Assembly: GCA_016935525.1 (NCBI GenBank)
Contig: JAFGQU010000012.1
Location: 1,248-65,247, forward strand
DNA from: Candidatus Omnitrophota bacterium
GTDB lineage: Bacteria > Omnitrophota > Gorgyraeia > Duberdicusellales > 4484-171
Reading direction: 5' to 3'
DNA length: 64,000 nucleotides
This document shows, in pieces, positions 57,197 through 64,000 of the stretch (the stretch's first letter is position 1; every line of letters begins with the position of its first letter). The translations under genes and the position numbers were made by a program. Below the pieces are notes generated by a model. The model was not told the origin of the DNA and ran no database searches. It saw only the letters and a list, made by a program, of their open reading frames with translations.

Positions 57197-57805
57197 ATGG
57201 CTGAAGATACACGTCTTGACCATAAGATTATTTGCGGGATGATCGAACCGGATTCGAAAGTGCTCGATCTGGGTTGCGGTGACGGTACGTTATTGCATCT
57301 TTTGGCGAACGAAAAAAGGGCCCGGGTACATGGAATAGAAGTAAACGAGAAGGCGATCTATAAATGCGTGGAAAAAGGAGTCAGTGTCTTTCACGAAGAT
57401 ATCGAAGGCGGGCTTAAGAATTATCCGTCAAAATCTTTTGACTATGTGATCTTGAACCAGAGTATGCAGGAGACAAAAAATGTCGAGTTTGTCATCAATG
57501 AAGCGTTACGGGTCGGTACTCATGTTATCGTCGGGTTTCCCAATTTCGCGTTTCTGCGGGCCCGGGCTAGGATCTTTTTTAAAGGAAAAGTGCCGATCAC
57601 TTCGTCTTTACCGTATCAATGGTATGATACTCCCAACCTGCATTTTTTGAGCCTGACCGATTTTATCGATTTTTGCCGTAGAAAAAAGTTGAAGATCCTC
57701 AAGAAAGTATATGTAGGCAAAGGGAGGAGCGTCCGTATCTTTCCTAATCTTTTTGCGCTGAACGGCATTTTTTTGATTACTCGCTGGGATAATGCGGGAA
57801 AATAA
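57197..57805 (+). CDS. metW: methionine biosynthesis protein MetW
   Basis: VLDLGCGDG, FPNFA, LPYQWYDTPNLH; follows metX. Confidence 0.93.
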   Translation: MAEDTRLDHKIICGMIEPDSKVLDLGCGDGTLLHLLANEKRARVHGIEVNEKAIYKCVEKGVSVFHEDIEGGLKNYPSKSFDYVILNQSMQETKNVEFVINEALRVGTHVIVGFPNFAFLRARARIFFKGKVPITSSLPYQWYDTPNLHFLSLTDFIDFCRRKKLKILKKVYVGKGRSVRIFPNLFALNGIFLITRWDNAGK

Positions 57806-57921
57806 AAAAGGGAAGCAGTAGAGCTTGCACCGCGAGAGAGGGGGCTTCCCTTTCAAAGTGCATGTCATGGGGATTGAAGCGTTTCGCATTTAGGTGGGGT
57901 TGTTAAGCAAAGGAGGAAATC

Positions 57922-58734
57922 ATGTCAAAAAGGATATTTAGTCCGGCAGGAGAAAAAGAGGTTTCACGAGCGATCATTCAGGAGTTCTCAAGCCATCTTA
58001 CTGATTGTGTCGAAAGTGACGCGGTCATCGTCGGCGGTGGTCCCAGCGGCCTGATCGCCGGGAGAGAACTGGCAAAAGAAGGGTTCAAAGTCGTGCTCAT
58101 CGAACGTAATAATTACCTCGGCGGCGGGTTTTGGATCGGTGGGTATCTGATGAATAAACTTACCGTGCGGACACCGGCCGATAAAATACTTGATGAATTA
58201 AACGTGCCGTTAAAAGAATTCGAAAAAGGGCTTTTTGTCGCTGATGCGCCACATGCCTGTTCTAAATTGATCGCTTCAGCCTGCGAGGCCGGAGTGAAGA
58301 TATTGAATATGACATTCTTAGAAGACGTGGTATTGCGTCAGGAGAATCGGGTTGCCGGAGCGGTGATCAACTGGACACCGATTCAAAATGTGCCTAAACA
58401 GATCAAATGTCTTGATCCGATCTCTATCGAATCAAAAGTGCTTATTGATGCGTCCGGTCATGATGCGGTCGCCTGTATCAAGCTTCAGGAAAGAGGATTA
58501 TTGAATACTAAAGGATGCGGAGCAATGTGGATCGATACTTCCGAAGATCTGGTCGTGGAATATACTCAAGAGGTTCATCCCGGGCTTATTGCCATCGGTA
58601 TGGCTGTTTCTACCATGTACGGCCTTCCGCGAATGGGCCCGACTTTCGGAGCGATGTTACTTTCCGGCCTGAAAGGGGCTGAGCTTACCAAGAATATTTT
58701 GAGTTGTGAGAAAGAGACAGTAAAGACCGCGTAG
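57922..58734 (+). CDS. thi4: Thi4-family thiazole synthase
   Basis: VGGGPSGL, GGGFWIGG, CLDP, DASGHD, RMGPTFGAMLLSG. Confidence 0.9.
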   Translation: MSKRIFSPAGEKEVSRAIIQEFSSHLTDCVESDAVIVGGGPSGLIAGRELAKEGFKVVLIERNNYLGGGFWIGGYLMNKLTVRTPADKILDELNVPLKEFEKGLFVADAPHACSKLIASACEAGVKILNMTFLEDVVLRQENRVAGAVINWTPIQNVPKQIKCLDPISIESKVLIDASGHDAVACIKLQERGLLNTKGCGAMWIDTSEDLVVEYTQEVHPGLIAIGMAVSTMYGLPRMGPTFGAMLLSGLKGAELTKNILSCEKETVKTA

Positions 58735-58782
58735 GTCCTTTAGGAGTGTACGAAGACACAAAGAAGATAATGGCGGCACAAT

Positions 58783-59781
58783 ATGGCTATCGAACAACTA
58801 AAGGCGATTGCGTTACTTTCCGGAGGATTAGATAGCGCGCTTGCGATTAAAGCAGTTCAAATCCAGGGGGTTGATGTCCTTGCCGTCCATTATGTCATTC
58901 CCTTCCTGCGGTACGAACATGAAACCGTATGTGAGTCCAGCGCGTACAGTATTTGTGCTCAGCTCGACTGCCGTTTACGGATCGTAGATATTTCCGAAGA
59001 ATTCCTGGAAGTCCTCAAAAATCCTCCTCACGGATACGGCCGGAATCTGAACCCGTGTATTGACTGTAAGATCCTGATGCTTAAAAAAGCAAAAGAGATC
59101 ATGCATCAGGAAAGAGCGCAGTTTGTGATTACCGGAGAAGTATTAAACCAACGGCCGATGTCGCAGCATTTTCGTTCGCTACAGGAGATCGAGAAAAAGA
59201 GCGGTTTGGGAGGCGCGCTGGTGAGGCCTCTTTCGGCATTGTTGTTGTCGGTGACCATACCTCAGGAGAAAGGATGGTTGGACCAGAAACATCTTTTTGA
59301 TATTTCCGGGCGCGGCCGTACCCGTCAGATCTCACTCGCTAAGGAGTGGGGGTTGATTGAATATCCCTGGCCCGGCGGCGGGTGCCGCCTTACCGACGCT
59401 TCGTTTTCCCAGCGAGTTGCGGATCTTTTGACTCACGATGCCTTGTCGGTCGCCAACGTAAAGCTTTCCAAACGGGGCCGGTTTTTCCGTATGACTCCGG
59501 AATTGTTTTTTGTGGTAGGAAGGAACGAGAAAGAAAACGGGATGTTGGGTGAACAGATACATCCCGACGATACGGTTTTTTATCCTTACATTTTACCCGG
59601 GCCGACCGCGATCGCTCGCGGAAAGATGAACGATGAAGATATAATAAGTTGTGCCCGGATAGTTGCCCGGTATACTCAACCTCAAGGGGCAGTCGAGATA
59701 AAAATAACAAAAAACGGTACCGAACAAGTAATGTCGGTTTCCCAATTGCCGCAGGATGAATTAAAATCTTTTCTGCGTTAG
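58783..59781 (+). CDS. ThiI/MnmA-like PP-loop tRNA sulfurtransferase
   Basis: SGGLDS, NPCIDCK, TGEV..QRPMSQ, RPLS, GGC.LT, VGRN..EN. Confidence 0.8.
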   Translation: MAIEQLKAIALLSGGLDSALAIKAVQIQGVDVLAVHYVIPFLRYEHETVCESSAYSICAQLDCRLRIVDISEEFLEVLKNPPHGYGRNLNPCIDCKILMLKKAKEIMHQERAQFVITGEVLNQRPMSQHFRSLQEIEKKSGLGGALVRPLSALLLSVTIPQEKGWLDQKHLFDISGRGRTRQISLAKEWGLIEYPWPGGGCRLTDASFSQRVADLLTHDALSVANVKLSKRGRFFRMTPELFFVVGRNEKENGMLGEQIHPDDTVFYPYILPGPTAIARGKMNDEDIISCARIVARYTQPQGAVEIKITKNGTEQVMSVSQLPQDELKSFLR

Positions 59782-59790
59782 AATATTCCG

Positions 59791-60900
59791 ATGAAAAAGA
59801 AAGTATTAGTCGCGATGAGTGGCGGGGTCGATTCTTCGGTCGCTGCGTATTTGCTCAAACAACAGGGGTATGAAGTGGTGGGCGTGACGATGTGTCTGGG
59901 TATTGCCGATACGGAAGATGCCAGTCACACAAAATGCTGTGGGGTCCGGGCTATTGACGATGCTAAGGAAGTGTGCCGTTTCCTTGATGTCCCTCATTAT
60001 GTTCTTGATTTTTCCGGCGAGATGAAAGAATATATTATTAATGATTTCGTGTCGGAATATCTGAACGGCCGCACTCCTAACCCCTGTGTGCGGTGTAACG
60101 AATACTTGAAGTTCGGTAAATTGTTCGATTATGCCAAAACTATGGGGTTTGATTATTTTGCAACCGGGCATTATGCCCGGATAGAAGAAACCGCCGGGGA
60201 GTTTTATTTGTTGCGGGGCCGTGACCGCAAAAAAGATCAAACGTATTTTTTGTACGGTATTGCCCGGGAAAAATTAAGTTCGTTATTGTTTCCTTTAGGA
60301 GAGTATACCAAAGACGGGGTCCGCAAGGTCGCCGAAAATGCACAACTTAAGGTTGCTCAAAAACCTCAGAGTCAGGATATTTGTTTCATTGCCCGGGGAG
60401 GGTATAAAGAGTTTATTGCCGGATACGTGAAGGAAGGATGCCGGGTACAGGGTCACGGGTGGCGGGGACCGGGAATGGAGCCGGGTGAGATCGTTACCCG
60501 GGAAGGTAAAGTGATCGGGACTCATCCGGGTATAATCCATTATACCTTGGGCCAGCGGGAAGGGTTAGGAGTTGCCGTAGGCCGGCCGCTGTATGTGTCG
60601 CGGCTTGATGCCCGGAAGAATCAGGTGGTAGTCGGCGATAAAGAAGACCTTTATACCAATACGGTAGAGATCGATGAGATACATCTGCTGGTCGATGAGG
60701 TACCGGAGAATGTGGCTGCCCAAATCCGTTATGCCCATATTCCGGCGTCCTGTCAGTGCATGCTCAAGGATAGTCGGGGGCACGTCCGGTTCAAAGAGCC
60801 TCAGGCGGCAGTCACTCCCGGCCAATCTTTGGTGTTCTATAGTGGCGATCGTGTGTGCGGCGGAGGGATTATTCGCGCAAGTTATCAAGAGAGAAGTTGA
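59791..60900 (+). CDS. mnmA: tRNA 2-thiouridylase
   Basis: AMSGGVDSS, TPNPCVRCN, ATGHYA, KDQTYFL, SQDICF, TPGQ. Confidence 0.96.
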   Translation: MKKKVLVAMSGGVDSSVAAYLLKQQGYEVVGVTMCLGIADTEDASHTKCCGVRAIDDAKEVCRFLDVPHYVLDFSGEMKEYIINDFVSEYLNGRTPNPCVRCNEYLKFGKLFDYAKTMGFDYFATGHYARIEETAGEFYLLRGRDRKKDQTYFLYGIAREKLSSLLFPLGEYTKDGVRKVAENAQLKVAQKPQSQDICFIARGGYKEFIAGYVKEGCRVQGHGWRGPGMEPGEIVTREGKVIGTHPGIIHYTLGQREGLGVAVGRPLYVSRLDARKNQVVVGDKEDLYTNTVEIDEIHLLVDEVPENVAAQIRYAHIPASCQCMLKDSRGHVRFKEPQAAVTPGQSLVFYSGDRVCGGGIIRASYQERS

Positions 60901-60909
60901 TTAAAGAGG

Positions 60910-61821
60910 TTGAATATGGATGCGATTGAGAAAATTCAAAAACTTAAACAAAAACTCAACGCGGTTATCCTGGCGCATAATTATCAGTTGCCCCAGATCC
61001 AGGATATTGCCGATTACCGCGGTGATTCGTTGGGGTTGAGTATCGAGGCGGCAAAGACGAAAGCTGATGTGATCGTTTTTTGCGGCGTGTATTTTATGGC
61101 GGAGACTGCGAAAATACTTTCGCCTCAAAAGACGGTCCTTATCCCCGACCGTCAGGCCGGTTGTCCCATGGCCGATATGATCACCGCTGATCAGTTGCGT
61201 ACGCTGAAAAAAGAACACCCCTCGGCAAAAGCCCTCTGCTATGTGAATTCTTCGGCTGAAGTAAAAGCCGAATGCGATGTCTGTTGTACTTCCGGTAACG
61301 CATTGGAGGTGGTTGCCGGCGCGTTTCGCGAAGATGAGGAGATCATTTTCGTACCCGACCAATATCTTGCCCGGTATACCGCATCGCAAATAGACCGGAA
61401 CTTTGTTTTCTGGAAAGGGTATTGCCCGACTCATGCCCGGATATTACCCCAACATCTCCGGGGAAAACGAGCCGAACATCCCGGGGCTCTGGTGTTGGTC
61501 CATCCGGAATGTACGCCGCACGTAACGGCACTGGCCGATGCGGTATTATCGACCGGAGGGATGAGTAAATATGTAAAACAGTCCGATTGTAAGGAGTTTA
61601 TCATCGGGACTGAAGAAGGGATGGTCTACCGGTTAAGCCAAGATAATCCGGACAAAAAGTTTTATGCGATAAGTGATATTGCGGTATGTCCGAATATGAA
61701 AAAAATTACGTTAGATAAAGTGCTGTATTCTCTGGAAAATATCTACGAAGAAATAACGTTGCCTGAAGACATCATTGCCCGGGCGCAAAAAAGTATTCAA
61801 AAAATGGTAAGTTATACGTAA
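60910..61821 (+). CDS. nadA: quinolinate synthase
   Basis: ILAHNYQ, FCGVYFMAE, AGCPMA, YVNS, HPEC, CPNMK. Confidence 0.95.
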   Translation: MNMDAIEKIQKLKQKLNAVILAHNYQLPQIQDIADYRGDSLGLSIEAAKTKADVIVFCGVYFMAETAKILSPQKTVLIPDRQAGCPMADMITADQLRTLKKEHPSAKALCYVNSSAEVKAECDVCCTSGNALEVVAGAFREDEEIIFVPDQYLARYTASQIDRNFVFWKGYCPTHARILPQHLRGKRAEHPGALVLVHPECTPHVTALADAVLSTGGMSKYVKQSDCKEFIIGTEEGMVYRLSQDNPDKKFYAISDIAVCPNMKKITLDKVLYSLENIYEEITLPEDIIARAQKSIQKMVSYT

Positions 61822-61849
61822 AATAGAGGTATATTGGAGGGGTAACAAT

Positions 61850-63043
61850 ATGGACAAAAAAATTATCTACATGGATCATAACGCGACAACCCCGCTTCAT
61901 CCCCGGGTAAAGGAGGAGATGAGCGCGATGATGGATGTTTTCGGTAATCCGTCAAGTATGCACTCATTCGGCCGCCAGGCAAAACGGCGGATTGAAGATG
62001 CCCGGGAGACTATTGCCGGTTTTATTGCCGCAAAGTCCGATGAGATCGTGTTTGTGGGGAGCGGTTCGGAGGCGAATAATACGGTATTGAAATTGTTTTC
62101 CTGTTGTTCGCATCGTTGTGCTGTCGGGCAGGATGCCCCACGTGAGGTGATTACGACTCGTATCGAACACCCTTGCGTAATGGAAGCTTCTCATTGTTTA
62201 AGGGACCAGGGGATTAAAGTGCATTATCTTGATGTAGACGCGCAAGGTAAGGTGAATAAAGATCAATTAAAAACATTATTATTATCGGATAAGATCCTGT
62301 TGGTATCGGTGATGCTGGCGAATAATGAGATCGGGACTATACAGGATATTAAAGAGATCGCTCGGATTGTCCATGAAAAAGGCATCTTTCTGCATACCGA
62401 CGCGGTACAGGCAGTCGGGAAGATCCCGGTAGATGTAAACGACCTGGGTGTCGATTTTCTTTCTTTTTCCGCGCATAAGATCTACGGACCTAAAGGAGTC
62501 GGCGCGCTCTATGTGAGGCAAGGCGTACCGTTCTGTCCGTTCATCCACGGCGGGCATCAGGAACGCGGACGGCGTGCCGGGACCGAAAATACCATCGGTA
62601 TTGTCGGTTTCGCCAAAGCGATCGAAATGCGCACCGAAGAGATGCATGATGAACACCAGCGGTTGTTAAGATTGAAACAACTGATGAAAGACGATATTCA
62701 AAAGAAAATCAATGATGTGTATTTTAACGGCCATCCGGTAGATTCGCTTGCCGGGACCTTGAATGTCTCTTTCGAAGGAGCTGAAGGAGAAGCGTTATTG
62801 TTGTACCTTGATCTGGAAGGGATCGCGGTTTCGACCGGTTCGGCATGCGCTTCCGGGTCTTTGGACCCGTCTCATGTGTTGCTCGCTACCGGTGTTTCTG
62901 CGGAGGCGGCGCATGGCTCTCTTAGGATCAGCCTGGGCCGGGAGACTACCGAAGAAGAAGTCTCTTGCCTGTTAGATAAATTACCGGCGATTGTAAAGAA
63001 AGTACGGGGAATGTCTACCGCCTATTCGATGAGGAGAAAATAG
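61850..63043 (+). CDS. iscS: cysteine desulfurase (IscS/NifS)
   Basis: DHNATTP, GNPSS.H, SAHKIYGPKG, R.GTEN, STGSAC.SG. Confidence 0.93.
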   Translation: MDKKIIYMDHNATTPLHPRVKEEMSAMMDVFGNPSSMHSFGRQAKRRIEDARETIAGFIAAKSDEIVFVGSGSEANNTVLKLFSCCSHRCAVGQDAPREVITTRIEHPCVMEASHCLRDQGIKVHYLDVDAQGKVNKDQLKTLLLSDKILLVSVMLANNEIGTIQDIKEIARIVHEKGIFLHTDAVQAVGKIPVDVNDLGVDFLSFSAHKIYGPKGVGALYVRQGVPFCPFIHGGHQERGRRAGTENTIGIVGFAKAIEMRTEEMHDEHQRLLRLKQLMKDDIQKKINDVYFNGHPVDSLAGTLNVSFEGAEGEALLLYLDLEGIAVSTGSACASGSLDPSHVLLATGVSAEAAHGSLRISLGRETTEEEVSCLLDKLPAIVKKVRGMSTAYSMRRK

Positions 63044-63664
63044 ATGGAAAATAAAAGCAATTGGGTTTACAGTGATGTGGTAAAAGAGCATTTTATGAAT
63101 CCACGTAATGTGCTTGAAGATGAATCGGCTTATGCCGATGACGGAAAAGGGGTCGTCGGAAACGTAAAATGCGGCGACCAGATGATGGTAGTCATCAAGG
63201 TCGATAAAGAAAAAGGGGTTATTACCGATTGTCGCTGGAAAACCTATGGATGTGCCAGCGCGATCGCGAGTACTTCAATCCTTTCGGAAGCGGTAAAAGG
63301 GATGACGTTGGACGAAGCTTTTCATATTTCTCCTAAAGATATCGCTGCGCGGCTGGGAGGGTTGCCGGAACATAAGATACATTGTTCGGTGTTAGGAGAT
63401 AAAGCGTTACGGGCGGCGATCAATGATTATTATGTGCGTCAAGGTGCTCCCGAGAAAGTAGTGAAAGAAAAAGCGCGGATCATCTGTCAATGTATGAACG
63501 TGACCGACCAGGAGATAGAGGATGCCGTATTGGAAGGGGTCAGGACCTATCTGTCTTTACAGGAACATACTAAATTAGGTACGGTATGTGGCCAGTGTAA
63601 GGGGGAAGCTATTCAGTTGATGCAAAAGTATATTCAGGAACATTTCGGGGACAAAAAATTATAA
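63044..63664 (+). CDS. IscU/NifU-N scaffold fused to a BFD-like [2Fe-2S] domain
   Basis: HF.NPRN, CGD, GCASAIAS, KIHCS; C-terminal CQCMNV...CGQC. Confidence 0.88.
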   Translation: MENKSNWVYSDVVKEHFMNPRNVLEDESAYADDGKGVVGNVKCGDQMMVVIKVDKEKGVITDCRWKTYGCASAIASTSILSEAVKGMTLDEAFHISPKDIAARLGGLPEHKIHCSVLGDKALRAAINDYYVRQGAPEKVVKEKARIICQCMNVTDQEIEDAVLEGVRTYLSLQEHTKLGTVCGQCKGEAIQLMQKYIQEHFGDKKL

Positions 63665-63698
63665 TGATGTGAGTTTAGTCTAAGAACGGGGAGAAGGA

Positions 63699-64000
63699 AT
63701 GGATATTACACAAATATTTAAAGAAGTTATCGCCCAAGGAGCATCGGATCTGCATCTATCGGTCGGATTACCGCCGATTATCCGGATTCAGGGCAAACTG
63801 ACTCGTTTGGGGGAGGATCCTTTAACGCAGGATGCTATTCTTGGCGCGCTTAAAGTGATGTTTCCGCAACAGGAGTTTTCTTCTTTTTCGGCAAAAGATA
63901 TCGATCTCGGCGGAGAAATAGAGGGGTTAGCCCGGTTTCGTTGTCACCTGTATAACGATTATAACGGGTTATGTGTGGCGTTTCGTCTGATTCCTTATGA
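63699..64000 (+). CDS. pilT: PilT/PilU family ATPase (5' part, truncated by window)
   Basis: MDITQIF..VIAQGASDLHLSVGLPP.IRI.G.L, later RFRC.LY and VAFRLIP; SD GAAGGA. Confidence 0.8.
   Translation, partial: MDITQIFKEVIAQGASDLHLSVGLPPIIRIQGKLTRLGEDPLTQDAILGALKVMFPQQEFSSFSAKDIDLGGEIEGLARFRCHLYNDYNGLCVAFRLIPY

Overview
Bacterial chromosomal window, almost all genes on the + strand, from an anaerobe-like diderm. The gene content is reminiscent of Ca. Omnitrophota/PVC, but this is an inference and not established here. Gene order: rnfCDGEAB-rseC-purN-batD-eno-ftsB, tRNA-fMet, a TPR/beta-barrel-ROK-coiled-coil-LacI cluster, class II RNR (nrdJ) with NrdR and DnaA boxes, MarR-TolC-RND, assorted housekeeping genes, a Phd/RelE toxin-antitoxin pair, a ZIP transporter, tRNA-Ser(CGA), a TylF methyltransferase between two MITE-like elements, smpB, tRNA-Lys/Leu, archease-rtcB-serS, a ~1,330-aa secreted acidic protein, tRNA-Ser(TGA), a hybrid kinase, htpX, msrA, an Rrf2-led sulfur cluster (metY-cysK-metX-metW-thi4-thiI-like-mnmA-nadA-iscS-iscU) and a partial pilT. 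The most unusual signals are non-coding: (1) an expanded, insertion-interrupted copy of tRNA-Lys between smpB and archease-rtcB; (2) MITE-like shells whose internal cassette is inverted between copies or replaced by another; (3) many families of 6-11 bp period repeats in inverted pairs at many gene junctions, also read in frame inside purN and mnmA; (4) a shared promoter/palindrome architecture upstream of both tRNA-Ser genes. All calls were made by eye and no searches were run.
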